Of a stretch of DNA of 64,000 bases, positions 1 to 9,054 are shown piece by piece (within the stretch, counting starts at the first letter, position 1; the number at the start of each line of letters is the position of its first letter). Source of the DNA: Patescibacteria group bacterium. GTDB taxonomy: Bacteria; Patescibacteriota; Minisyncoccia; Phycocordibacterales; Phycocordibacteraceae. Under the pieces are notes generated by a model. It was not told the DNA's origin. It was given only the letters and a program-made list of their open reading frames with translations, and did no database searches. The DNA lies in contig JBBTSO010000004.1 of NCBI GenBank assembly GCA_038064695.1, positions 15,792 to 79,791 of the forward strand, read 5' to 3'. A program made the translations under genes and the position numbers.

Positions 1-37
1 GTTTGTTTGCGGGAACGCCGCGTTTTACTCGTGCCAT
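1..37 (-). CDS. rplT: 50S ribosomal protein L20, 5' part (runs off window)
   Basis: Reverse strand reads MARVKRGVPANK; follows rpmI in the canonical infC-rpmI-rplT order. Confidence 0.9.
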   Translation of the reverse strand, partial: MARVKRGVPANK

Positions 38-82
38 GGTTAGATTTTGTTATTGAGTTTATACGAGATTAGAAAATCTTCC

Positions 83-145
83 ACCCCGCCCTCTACGCTC
101 GTTTTAGTATTGGTTTATTACTTGAGTAAGCACAGAGGGCGGGGT
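83..145. repeat. 12-bp perfect inverted repeat between rpmI and rplT
   Basis: ACCCCGCCCTCT (83-94) / AGAGGGCGGGGT (134-145). Confidence 0.8.
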
Positions 146-187
146 TTAAGAAAATTTAATTCATTCCATTCATAATATTTTCTAAAA

Positions 188-379
188 TTATGCGCCGCTT
201 CCAGCGAGAAAACGTGACTTTGCTTTATTTGATAAATGGATGGTTGAGTTACGCTTCTTCACTGAACGTGTTTTAGCGTTCTCTTTTGCGTTGAAGTGGT
301 TTTGTCCGCTCTTGCGAATGATGAGTTTTCCTTTCTTCGTTACGCGAATTCTTTTGCTAAATGACTTATTTGTTTTCAT
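188..379 (-). CDS. rpmI: 50S ribosomal protein L35
   Basis: MKTNKSFSKRIRVTKKGK..H, 63 aa basic protein; start moved to the ATG at 379. Confidence 0.92.
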   Translation of the reverse strand: MKTNKSFSKRIRVTKKGKLIIRKSGQNHFNAKENAKTRSVKKRNSTIHLSNKAKSRFLAGSGA

Positions 380-968
380 GTATTTCTTCTTTTGGTTTCT
401 CGCTTTTTGGGGCGTCACTTTTCTTCTTCTGGCTTACCCGCTCGAGGACGATGGTGAACCCTTTCGGCCCCTTCTGTACGTCCTCAGCTACTCGATACTC
501 CTCGGGGACTAAAAGGACAAAGCGCTGTAGCCGCTCCTTAAGGAAGGTAGCGTCCATGTACTTGTACCTACCTTTAAGGAAGAGCTCTATTTTAACCCGA
601 TGACCTTCGCGGAGCCACTCTGCAGTCTGGCGGGCTTTACGGGTTAGGTCATGCTCTCCCGTTACCACCTCTACCTGGATAGACTTAGTTTCAGTAGTGT
701 GCGCCTTGGATTTTGCCTCCCGCGCCTTCTTCTGCTGGTCGTATTGAAATTTACCATAATCCATGATTTTCGCAACCGGCGGGGTGGCGTTGGGCGAAAT
801 TTCAATAAGGTCTAGGTTTGCTTCCTGGGCAGCTTTGAGGGCCTCAGCAGTCGTAATAACTCCAATGTTTTCACCGTTGGCTCCAATGACACGAAGTTGG
901 GGTGCTCTAATTTGCGCGTTGATGCGCGTCGTGTCTTTTCTTTGTTGAGGTCGGCTGTAGGGTCTTAT
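366..968 (-). CDS. infC: Translation initiation factor IF-3 with non-canonical (probably ATA) start
   Basis: Frame stays open upstream of the tracked ATG through the IF3 N-domain (RINAQIRAPQLRVIG..GENIG..LDLIEISPNATPPVAKIMDYGKF) to an in-frame TAA; ATA at 968-966. Confidence 0.9.
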   Translation of the reverse strand: MRPYSRPQQRKDTTRINAQIRAPQLRVIGANGENIGVITTAEALKAAQEANLDLIEISPNATPPVAKIMDYGKFQYDQQKKAREAKSKAHTTETKSIQVEVVTGEHDLTRKARQTAEWLREGHRVKIELFLKGRYKYMDATFLKERLQRFVLLVPEEYRVAEDVQKGPKGFTIVLERVSQKKKSDAPKSEKPKEEIHENK

Positions 969-1010
969 AAGTCTTTATTCTACGCAGTAATTTGTTTTTA
1001 GCAACCTATC

Positions 1011-1793
1011 TCAGGTGTTTTTTGTATGGGGAAGGAGTGCGCTCTCTCCTAGGGTGAGTCCTTCAACAAATGCTCGGTTCCCCGCAATAAAGTTCACATT
1101 TCTAAAATCGTAGGTATCGGTGCCGATGTTTTGCACAACCCCTCCTGCCTCTTCAACCAAGAGTGAGCCGGGTGCGTAGTCGTAGTCTTTACCGTAGGGG
1201 TCAAAACTAATACGTCCCTCCATTTTTCCTGAAGCAACGAGTGTTAGTTCATACCCTGCGGTTACGGTTTTTAGTGTTTTTGAAAGGCGGCGAAACTTAC
1301 TGTAGAGTTCATTATTTTCTGGTTTCCCACTCTGTGTTTCAATCGCCGAGAGTGAGTGTGAAAATGGCCTGGTGCTGACGGCGATACGCACGTCGTTTTT
1401 ATATGCCCCGCCGCCCCGGGTGGCGTGGTACATGGTGTCGCTCACAAAGTCGTAAATGGCTGAAGCCACTACCTTCTGTTCGCGGATGAGCGCCACCATG
1501 GTGGTGCAAAAGGGTATGCCGCGTACAAAGTGCATCGTTCCGTCAATGGGGTCAACGAGCCAGTACGCCTCGTGCGACCGGTCGCCACCGTACTCTTCAC
1601 CGACAAACTCAATATGCGGGTCAAGCGCGCGAAGTTCACGCGCGAGAAACTCCTCCACTTCAAAATCCAAACGCGTCACTACATTGTGTGCCCCGTCTTT
1701 CTCTTGTTGTTCAACGACGTTTCCATAGTGGGGGAGCGTAAGTGCGCGCGTACTTCGAATAATGCGGAGCGCGTCTTTAAAGAGAGCGTCCAT
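1011..1793 (-). CDS. Inositol monophosphatase family protein
   Basis: VT..D..VE, GEE, WLVDPIDGT.HF, D.APG.LLVEEAGG motifs; start set at MDALF. Confidence 0.9.
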   Translation of the reverse strand: MDALFKDALRIIRSTRALTLPHYGNVVEQQEKDGAHNVVTRLDFEVEEFLARELRALDPHIEFVGEEYGGDRSHEAYWLVDPIDGTMHFVRGIPFCTTMVALIREQKVVASAIYDFVSDTMYHATRGGGAYKNDVRIAVSTRPFSHSLSAIETQSGKPENNELYSKFRRLSKTLKTVTAGYELTLVASGKMEGRISFDPYGKDYDYAPGSLLVEEAGGVVQNIGTDTYDFRNVNFIAGNRAFVEGLTLGESALLPHTKNT

Positions 1794-1795
1794 AC

Positions 1796-2110
1796 TTACT
1801 TCAAAGAAAATGGTGGGTACTGGTCGGTGACTCCTAGGAGGTAGAGGTTCATGCGAAGCTGCCACTGGAGCGTCCCTTTGACGAGATTATAAAAGTTTTC
1901 GGGGTACTTGCCCGTAAAGAGCACCACCACCTGCGCGAAAAACGCCACAATGACCATGATGATGCCGAGGAAGTAGAGAATAATAAAGTGAGGAATCAGC
2001 ATGACGAGCTTTGGAATCATAAAGAGGAGTGTTCCAAACGCAAGTAGTCGTGATGATTTAAGCGGTCGAGGGGCTACTAACTGTATGGGATGTTTTTGTT
2101 CTGTTTCCAT
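1796..2110 (-). CDS. DUF4389-like small membrane protein
   Basis: LIPH.IILY, VLFTGKYP, Y..GVTDQYPPF pattern. Confidence 0.75.
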   Translation of the reverse strand: METEQKHPIQLVAPRPLKSSRLLAFGTLLFMIPKLVMLIPHFIILYFLGIIMVIVAFFAQVVVLFTGKYPENFYNLVKGTLQWQLRMNLYLLGVTDQYPPFSLK

Positions 2111-2134
2111 CCACTCAGTATATCAAAAAAGGAT

Positions 2135-3325
2135 TTAGAAGCGGGACTCCTCGTTTTCGTATGTTTCAGGTTCGTCGTTGTCGTCGTGAGTTTCTTCAAT
2201 CTCAATGATACGGAGGCGCGGTGGGTCTATACGGGAGGTGTCGTTGTTTAGCAAAACGTTTAACGTGTTCATACTGAACAGTACACGTTCAAACTCAAAA
2301 AACGCTTCACTAGAAAATCCATCTTGGAGCATGCGCTCCGCTTCGCTAAAGCGGTCGCGTGCGGTCGCGAGTTGTAGTTCAACGCGCCGCTGCTGTTCAC
2401 TGCTGAGCACTGCTCGTTTTTCTTGGTAGATTTTTCCTGTTTTCTCAAGCGCGTCTTTGGCAGCGCTCCTCATCCGCTCTGCAGCTGCAGCATAGCGCGT
2501 AGTGTCTTCAGTGGGGGGTAGCGTGGCTGAAGCAGAAACATCATCCTCGCTATCCGTTTCAGCCATGAGTGAAAATTGAGCTACCTCTACTTCAGGGGCT
2601 GCCGTTTTAAGCGAAACTTCCGCCGCAAACATTCTCGTGTTCGGTGAATCGTCTGACGACTTCCTTAAGCTCACGCTCGCGTAGCGTTTTGCTTCACCAA
2701 TTTTTGCAAGGCGTGAACGAACTTTCTCCTTCACGCTCTCGGTTTTTTCCGTTTCAAGAGACGCGAGTATCGCTTCATGGGCAGTGAGCGATGCTTCAAA
2801 GCGGCTCGCCAACTCGGTGGCAAGTACGGGATCGTTTTCTGAAATCAGCGCGATACGCTCCTCAACGCGGAGGGCGTGAGCATCAAAATTTTCTTCCAAA
2901 CGGTCTTTGCGTTCTTCGGTTAGCGACTCTTTGACCGCGAGTTGTTGTGCTTCCTCTAAGCGTCGCTCCGCGCGCCACGCCTCAACATCGGCCTGTGCCT
3001 CAGGACTTCCTGCAAACGCTACGCGAACTTCCTCGTTCACTGCTGTTTTTACTGGATAGAGTAGGTCGCCTGGAACCGCGCGCTCTGCCGCTTGCGCGAC
3101 TCCTCCTCCGACAAATACTAAGATGAAAAATGAGGCAAGAGCGGGCATCGATCTTCCAAAATCAAAAACTGAAAAAGGAGAACGCATGCGTCCAGGGAGC
3201 GTCACATTTTCAGGAAGTGGTTTCAGCGCGCGGTACTCTCCTAGACGCGTATGCAAAAGAGAACGCTCCTCCGCAGTGAGCGTTACGTTTTTTAGTGTAT
3301 TCAAAATGTCTTGTTCGTTTTTCAT
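2135..3325 (-). CDS. DUF5667-like membrane-anchored protein, candidate anti-sigma factor
   Basis: Single TM then AVPGDLLYPVK..NE..AERRLEEA; coupled downstream of the ECF sigma gene. Confidence 0.7.
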   Translation of the reverse strand: MKNEQDILNTLKNVTLTAEERSLLHTRLGEYRALKPLPENVTLPGRMRSPFSVFDFGRSMPALASFFILVFVGGGVAQAAERAVPGDLLYPVKTAVNEEVRVAFAGSPEAQADVEAWRAERRLEEAQQLAVKESLTEERKDRLEENFDAHALRVEERIALISENDPVLATELASRFEASLTAHEAILASLETEKTESVKEKVRSRLAKIGEAKRYASVSLRKSSDDSPNTRMFAAEVSLKTAAPEVEVAQFSLMAETDSEDDVSASATLPPTEDTTRYAAAAERMRSAAKDALEKTGKIYQEKRAVLSSEQQRRVELQLATARDRFSEAERMLQDGFSSEAFFEFERVLFSMNTLNVLLNNDTSRIDPPRLRIIEIEETHDDNDEPETYENEESRF

Positions 3326-3828
3326 GTTTTTGTTTTGCCCTCTATGCGCGCGCGTAACTCCTGCATACCGCGAGTAATGCGAACCGAAATGACGTTGACC
3401 GTTTCTCCGGTAATCTCCGCAATTTCGCGCGGTTTTAATTCTTCCACGTACCTGAGGTACACCGCTTCGCGATACACCTCAGGGAGCGTGTTGATTACCC
3501 GAAGCGCATCGTTATAGGCAGTGCTGTTTTCCGCCTGTGCCTTCTCACCAAACTCAATGCCTGCGTCGTGCAATACATCGAGCGAGTCTGGTTTCTTTTT
3601 TCGGTAGTGGTCAATAATGAGGTTTCGGGCGATGGTGTAGATGAGCGCCCGCGGGTTTTCAATGTGCTTACCGGAGTGTAAGGTGTCCCACACTCGCATG
3701 AAAGTCTCCTGAGTGAGGTCAAGGGCCACGTCTCGGCTACTCGTTTTTGAAAAACAGAAGCGAAACAAGCCATCGGCATACTCGTGATGCCAGGACTCAA
3801 AGGATGTTTCTTTTGCGTGCTTCTGCAT
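3322..3828 (-). CDS. ECF-type RNA polymerase sigma factor
   Basis: DLTQETFMRVW, IARNLIIDHYR region 2; EIAEITG..V..RITR region 4. Confidence 0.92.
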   Translation of the reverse strand: MQKHAKETSFESWHHEYADGLFRFCFSKTSSRDVALDLTQETFMRVWDTLHSGKHIENPRALIYTIARNLIIDHYRKKKPDSLDVLHDAGIEFGEKAQAENSTAYNDALRVINTLPEVYREAVYLRYVEELKPREIAEITGETVNVISVRITRGMQELRARIEGKTKT

Positions 3829-3894
3829 AGAATGAGACGTTTTTAGGGCAGGTTTCTTTCCCCAAGTATACCGTGTCTATGGTACCCTAAAGGC

Positions 3895-4374
3895 ATGAAA
3901 AAAATACTTTCTGTGCTTCCCCACGCTATTGCGCTTTTCGGCGCGGTGATATTTCTTGATTCGCTTCGCTACAAGTTTACGAATGCACCTGAAACACAGG
4001 TGATTTTTGGAAAATTGGATGTGTGGGCGGCGACGTGGGGTGCGAGCGGTTTGTTTTCACACACAGGGCTTTTTAGTCAGTACGTCATTGGAAGCGCGGA
4101 GTTAGTTGCTTCCATTTTCTTGCTCATTGGCATTACGAAAATGTTTCGCCGATTTCAAGTGGTTGGCGCGTTGATTGCGTTTTGTGTGATGACGGGAGCA
4201 GTTTTCTTTCACCTTTTTACTCCACTCGGTATTGACCCGAATATGGATGGGGGAGGGTTGTTTGTGGCGGCAGTGGTCTTGTGGGTTGGTTCAATTGTCT
4301 TACTTGTCATTCGTCGTGCGGATTTGAAGGAGATAGTGAGACTAAAATTTGCGTACTTTTTTCCGAAGAAGTAA
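3895..4374 (+). CDS. DoxX-like integral membrane protein
   Basis: Four hydrophobic segments, IGSAEL and MTGAVFFHLFTPLG. Confidence 0.7.
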   Translation: MKKILSVLPHAIALFGAVIFLDSLRYKFTNAPETQVIFGKLDVWAATWGASGLFSHTGLFSQYVIGSAELVASIFLLIGITKMFRRFQVVGALIAFCVMTGAVFFHLFTPLGIDPNMDGGGLFVAAVVLWVGSIVLLVIRRADLKEIVRLKFAYFFPKK

Positions 4375-4406
4375 ACACAAAACCCCGCTCACGCGGGGTT
4401 TTGTGT
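4375..4406. terminator. Bidirectional intrinsic terminator
   Basis: ACACAAAACCCCGC-TCAC-GCGGGGTTTTGTGT between convergent units. Confidence 0.8.
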
Positions 4407-4475
4407 TGGTAGTGGCGCCGAAGTGTACCCTTCGGCATCCTACAAAAATATAGTCACTGACGTTCGTTATTTTTG

Positions 4476-4543
4476 TATGCCAAGCATACGTCCGGCACTC
4501 GCTCAACCAAGAAAGTGCACCGCTCTTTCTTGATCTTCGCTCG
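4476..4543 (-). repeat. Partial copy of the AGCGAG/CGAGYG structured element
   Basis: Minus strand GAGCGAAGATCA-hairpin-TGGTTGAGCGAGTG then short hairpin; closely matches the copy at 26431-26520. Confidence 0.6.
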
Positions 4544-4545
4544 TT

Positions 4546-4740
4546 TGGTTGTGGAGATGGTGGGAAGTGTCTTCGCTTCGCTCGCACGCATCGGTCACAA
4601 GTCGCCCTTTGGGCGCTCGCGACCCCGCCTCGCATTGCCTTCGGCAACATGCTCCGGCCTTCGATTCCCAGCAGAAGCAAAGCAGTTTGCTTCTTCCGTT
4701 TCCACACCAAAACAAAAACCGCCGAAGAGGCGGTTTGTTT
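4546..4740 (-). repeat. tmRNA 3'-end mirror/duplication cassette
   Basis: Terminator-like hairpin, antisense copy of the T-arm/acceptor split by a hairpin (4660-4709), structured body, then near-duplicate tmRNA 3' end (4546-4566). Confidence 0.75.
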
Positions 4741-4745
4741 TGGTG

Positions 4746-5139
4746 TGGAGATGCTGGGAATCGAACCCAGATGCAATAAGAGAGTTTTAAGCGAGTCTAC
4801 AAAACGTAGTTCACTTTAGGTGTTTAAACAGTCGGTATAAAAAGTAAACAAAAGCACCGCCTGCCGAGCTCTTAGTTTTAGTGAAGTGGGTGAGCAGTAC
4901 ACTTCCTTAGCCTGAAGATATTACACCAGCGTTTCTTTATCAGACATCAAGAAACGTGATGTCGTCGGGTCAGCTTATGCAGCGACGCGAACGAACGCAA
5001 AGTCAGCCTTTGAAAACAAAGACTGGCCTGCGAAAAACGTGGGTTTTGCACGTTAGTGCGCTCGAGGTTTTAGGTGTTCTCCAGCATTCACCGTTTTGCA
5101 CGCAGAAAACAAAACTTATTGTCGAAGCCGATCATCCCC
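4746..5139 (-). ncRNA. ssrA: tmRNA (one-piece)
   Basis: 5' GGGGAUGAUCGGCUUCGAC, 3' GGUUCGAUUCCCAGCAUCUCCA with G3-U wobble; tag frame 5049-4975; directly downstream of smpB. Confidence 0.95.
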
Positions 5140-5214
5140 CGAAAAAACGGGAAGGGAATTCCTGTTTTTTCGGGGAGTCACCAGCTAGTATTCTTTTTTC
5201 AAGGTGCCGGAAAA

Positions 5215-5667
5215 TCAATCGTGAGATTGATTTTTAAGATGCAACTGGATCTGTCGTTTGCTGTCGCGTTCTTTCAACGCCTCTCGCTTATCATACTTCT
5301 TTTTATGGCGCGCGACCGCTACTTCCAGCTTTATCTTCCTACCTCTATTATACCATTTTATAGGTACTATTGTCAAACCCTTCTGTCCCTCGTGCTCAGC
5401 AAGCGTCACCAACTCTTTTTTGTTTAAGAGTAACCGGCGCGTGCGGTCTGCAGTATAAGAGGCAGGGGTGTTCTCTACTTGATAGGGAGAAATGGTGGCG
5501 CCCAAGAGAAATGCTTCGCCACCACGAATGACGACGCGCGCGCCTTCTAAACTTCCCATTCCACTTCGCACCGCTTTCACTTCAAATCCTAGGAGTTCTG
5601 CTCCCGCTTCAAACGTTTCAAGTAATTCGTAATTCAAGCGCGCCTTTTTGTTTTCAATAAATGCCAT
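5215..5667 (-). CDS. smpB: SsrA-binding protein
   Basis: NKKARLNY, EAGAELLGFEVKAVR, RTRRLLL, KKYDKRE. Confidence 0.97.
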   Translation of the reverse strand: MAFIENKKARLNYELLETFEAGAELLGFEVKAVRSGMGSLEGARVVIRGGEAFLLGATISPYQVENTPASYTADRTRRLLLNKKELVTLAEHEGQKGLTIVPIKWYNRGRKIKLEVAVARHKKKYDKREALKERDSKRQIQLHLKNQSHD

Positions 5668-5687
5668 CTAACGGTATAATACCTCGC
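5668..5687. promoter_or_regulatory. Overlapping divergent -10 boxes for smpB and ftsH
   Basis: TATAAT (+, 5675-80) 7 nt before the ftsH ATG; TATTAT (-, 5676-81) 8 nt before the smpB ATG. Confidence 0.6.
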
Positions 5688-7670
5688 ATGGACACAGACT
5701 CAAAAACACAAACCGTGAAAGAAAAAACAGAGAAGAAGGAAAAAGGGAAGAAAGGAAAGAAAAAACCAACACTTCCCAAACAGCTTGAACAGCTCGCGCA
5801 GTCTTCTCGTGAGGGGGGTTCGTGGGGAAACTTTACCTCCATCCTCATTACCATCCTCGTTCTCACGATGCTCTACTCTTTTGTCTCAAATGGTGGGAAA
5901 GAAGTAGAGCAAGTGTCGCTCTCCGCGCTTGTGTCTGACATTCGTGCGAGCGAAGTGACAAACATTGTGATTGCGGGAGATAAACTCACCATTACCTACA
6001 AAGACGAAACTGAAAAAGAGGGGAAAAAAGAGTACAATACCGCGCTCTCTGAGACCTTAGTGAACTACGGCTTAACCGCGGAAGAACTCGCCACCGTTGC
6101 CATTGAAGTTAAAAACGAAACTGGTTTTCGCTACTGGTTCTTCGCGCTCGCTCCTATTGCGGTGCCGCTCCTCTTAATCCTCGTGTTTGTGTGGTACCTC
6201 TCTCGCCAAGTGCGTGGCGCGGGTATGCAGGCGTTCACCTTCGGGCAGTCAAAAGCGCGCCTCACGGATCCCAAAGACAAAAATTCGCGCATTACGTTTT
6301 CTGACGTTGCGGGCGCAAAAGAGGCGAAGGAAGAGCTCACGGAAATCGTAGACTTTTTAAAGAACCCAAAAAAATTCTTGGACATCGGCGCGCGTATCCC
6401 GAAAGGAGTGTTGTTGATGGGAGCACCGGGCACCGGGAAGACACTTCTTGGTCGCGCTGTTGCGGGCGAGGCGGGCGTTCCGTTCTTCTCTATCTCAGGA
6501 TCTGAGTTTGTTGAAATGTTTGTGGGAGTTGGCGCCAGCCGTGTGCGCGATTTATTCCAAATGGCAAAACGCGCGGCGCCCGCCATTATTTTTGTTGATG
6601 AAATTGACGCCGTGGGGCGCGTGCGAGGTACGGGGGTTGGTGGGGGAAACGATGAGCGTGAACAAACCTTAAACCAAATTTTGGTTGAAATGGACGGGTT
6701 TGAACCCTCAGAGAAAGTCATTGTTATGGCGGCAACAAACCGTCCTGACGTCTTAGACCCCGCGCTTCTTCGTCCCGGCCGCTTTGATCGTCGCGTCACC
6801 ATTGACCTTCCTGACCGTGAGGGACGAGAGGAAATTCTCAAAATTCATGCGCGTAAAAAACCGCTCGCTGAAGATGTGAATTTAAAAATAGTTGCAGAAC
6901 GCACCCCAGGATTTTCAGGCGCTGATCTTCAGAGCTTGATGAACGAAGGCGCTATTCTTGCGGCGCGTGAGGATAGAAAGAAGGTAGCGCAGTTTGACTT
7001 GGTGCGCTCTATTGAAAAGGTAATGCTTGGTCCTGAGCGAAAAACACACATTCTTTCCCGCAAAGAGAAAGAAATAACCGCGTACCACGAAGCGGGACAC
7101 GCGCTGGTGGCGAGTGTGTTGCCGTACGCGGACCCCGTGCACAAAATTTCTATTATTTCTCGTGGACGTGCGGCCGGCTACACGCTCAAGCTTCCACTGG
7201 ATGATAAGAAAATGCAGTCGCGCAATGAATTTTTGGACGACATCGCGGTTAGTTTAGGTGGGTACATTGCTGAAGAAATGGTCTTTGGTGACTTAACGAC
7301 GGGTCCGTCAAACGACCTTCAGGTATTGACCGCGCTCGCGCGCGATATGGTTACCAAGTACGGTATGAGTAGCGTGATGGGGCCGGTGGCGCTTGAAGGG
7401 GAAGGTGGGCGTGCCATGTTTGGGCGCGGTATGAATGAGAAAGAGTATTCTCCTGAAGTGTCCGCAAAAATTGATGCCGAAGTGAAAAAAATTATTGATG
7501 ACGCGTATCGCAAAGCCACTGATCTTATTGTGAAACATCGCCCGGTCCTTGATGCTATTGCGAAAAAATTGGTGGTTGAAGAGAATATTGAACGTGATGA
7601 GTTTGAAAAACTCTTAATTCTTCACGGTATTGAGCCAAAAAAGAAGCAGGACATTGAACACCAGCCCTAA
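5688..7670 (+). CDS. ftsH: ATP-dependent zinc metalloprotease FtsH
   Basis: Two TMs, [26 protein letters not shown]. Confidence 0.98.
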   Translation: MDTDSKTQTVKEKTEKKEKGKKGKKKPTLPKQLEQLAQSSREGGSWGNFTSILITILVLTMLYSFVSNGGKEVEQVSLSALVSDIRASEVTNIVIAGDKLTITYKDETEKEGKKEYNTALSETLVNYGLTAEELATVAIEVKNETGFRYWFFALAPIAVPLLLILVFVWYLSRQVRGAGMQAFTFGQSKARLTDPKDKNSRITFSDVAGAKEAKEELTEIVDFLKNPKKFLDIGARIPKGVLLMGAPGTGKTLLGRAVAGEAGVPFFSISGSEFVEMFVGVGASRVRDLFQMAKRAAPAIIFVDEIDAVGRVRGTGVGGGNDEREQTLNQILVEMDGFEPSEKVIVMAATNRPDVLDPALLRPGRFDRRVTIDLPDREGREEILKIHARKKPLAEDVNLKIVAERTPGFSGADLQSLMNEGAILAAREDRKKVAQFDLVRSIEKVMLGPERKTHILSRKEKEITAYHEAGHALVASVLPYADPVHKISIISRGRAAGYTLKLPLDDKKMQSRNEFLDDIAVSLGGYIAEEMVFGDLTTGPSNDLQVLTALARDMVTKYGMSSVMGPVALEGEGGRAMFGRGMNEKEYSPEVSAKIDAEVKKIIDDAYRKATDLIVKHRPVLDAIAKKLVVEENIERDEFEKLLILHGIEPKKKQDIEHQP

Positions 7671-7764
7671 ACACGCTGTCCACAGCAGGTCCTCAGAAGG
7701 CGTCTAATGGCTCTAAAATGTAGGTACAGGTCGAATTAATAAACCTCCCATAACTAAACGAATC

Positions 7765-8145
7765 ATGATTCAGAAGTTAGCGTGGATTTTTGCTGTAGTA
7801 TTTCTTGCGGTAGGTGTCTTGGGTTTTGTTCCAGGTATTACCTCTGATGGAATGCTCCTAGGCATCTTTGAGGTTGATATGGTGCACAACATCATTCACC
7901 TCGTTTCAGGTGCCGTATTTGCCTATGCAGCAATGCAATCAGCAAAAATGTCTAAAATGGTGTTCAAAGTGTTTGGTGTAATCTATGCGATAGTAGCGGT
8001 GGTTGGCCTTATGCAAGGCGACACGGTACTCGGATTGATTGCAACGAACATGGCAGACCATGTTCTCCATGTCATCCTTGCCGTAGCAATGCTCTACATT
8101 GGTTTTGGCATGAAAGAGAAAATGATGGCCACCCCGATGGTTTAA
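7765..8145 (+). CDS. DUF4383-like membrane protein
   Basis: GVLGFVPG, HNIIHL..G, DHVLH, four TMs. Confidence 0.75.
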   Translation: MIQKLAWIFAVVFLAVGVLGFVPGITSDGMLLGIFEVDMVHNIIHLVSGAVFAYAAMQSAKMSKMVFKVFGVIYAIVAVVGLMQGDTVLGLIATNMADHVLHVILAVAMLYIGFGMKEKMMATPMV

Positions 8146-8157
8146 GACATCTCTTTC

Positions 8158-8185
8158 ACAAAACCCCGCGTACGCGGGGTTTTGT
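8158..8185. terminator. Bidirectional intrinsic terminator
   Basis: ACAAAACCCCGCG-TA-CGCGGGGTTTTGT. Confidence 0.8.
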
Positions 8186-8437
8186 TTATGTTGCTAAGGC
8201 AGTAGATATTGTCTTTTTCTGATGTGTTAGCACTAACGTAGTTATGGCTATACAGAGAAGACTAAGTGTAAGGTTGAGTGCAGAAGACTCATCTTCGTCA
8301 TCTACAATCGGTTTTTCTTCAGTGTCTTCACTTTCGCTCCCTGTCTCTCCTCGGTCTTTCTTGGGATCTTTTTTGTGTGGCCAGTAACTCGGCCACGGAT
8401 TCCACATGCTCGGATAGTCGAACACTCCATTTTTCAT
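8186..8437 (-). CDS. Small hypothetical protein with acidic linker and C-terminal TM
   Basis: 83-aa ORF ending at the terminator; no recognisable family. Confidence 0.5.
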   Translation of the reverse strand: MKNGVFDYPSMWNPWPSYWPHKKDPKKDRGETGSESEDTEEKPIVDDEDESSALNLTLSLLCIAITTLVLTHQKKTISTALAT

Positions 8438-8823
8438 ATTTTATGTAGCTATTTTTATAATTTTCACCCCCTTAAAGAGTTTTTCAGAATAGTTGCTTGT
8501 TTTTTGTGAAATGAAAGTTAGTGGTGTATTGCTATACACCAAAAAAGAAAACAGCATTGAAATTTTTTGAATCGTGTGGAGAAAGTCCCATAGTTTCTTT
8601 ATTGTATTTCTTGTAATTCAAAAGTCAATGAATTATTTCAAGTACGTATTCACTTCTCGCGCACAACGTCTCTGACCTATTGTAACAACTTTGTCGCGAC
8701 CGCATCAAAGTTGTTACATTGGTGTGGTGAGGAGTTTGGGGAAGCTGTTGCGAGGGTGGGGTAGGAGGGGATATAGTTTAGTTACTGCACCCGTAGCTCA
8801 GGCAGGTTAGAGCGTAGAGCTTA

Positions 8824-9054
8824 CTTCAAAGTGAGCGAGGGGAGAACGATTGGGCATGTAAGAGAAGCTTGCGCGCCCGTCGAGTTTCAGAAGTAAAGAG
8901 CAAGAGTTCTTTACTTGGTTCAATTCTCGGGCGCGTAGCTCAGTTGGTTAGAGCACAGAGCTTATACCTCTGCGGTCCCTGGTTCGAGTCCAGGCGCGCC
9001 CACCAGCCCAATCGATATTCCGAGCGATCGCATGAAGCAAAGACGTAGTCTTTA
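8824..9054 (+). mobile_element. 231-nt structured element inserted in the tRNA anticodon, enclosing an intact tRNA-Ile
   Basis: TTA|CTTCA..AGCGAG..CGATTGGGC[...]GCCCAATCG..CCGAGCG..TGAAG-CAAAGAC GTA GTCTTTA|; mobility is inferred. Confidence 0.65.
8929..9005 (+). tRNA. tRNA-Ile (anticodon TAT/UAU)
   Basis: Full cloverleaf GGGCGCG/CGCGCCC-A-CCA; CAGAG CT TAT AC CTCTG. Confidence 0.93.

Noticed and set aside
4342-5237. ORFs 4342-4776, 4473-4790, 4503-4715, 4549-4779 and 4956-5237
   Set aside because: Shadow frames over tmRNA and GC-rich palindromic cassettes.
8824-9054. Group I intron in the tRNA-Ile anticodon (AAGACGTAGTC resembles the S element)
   Set aside because: No matching R element or P7 partner, no P9 and no terminal G; the motif is simply the element's terminal hairpin, and the joined tRNA is degenerate.
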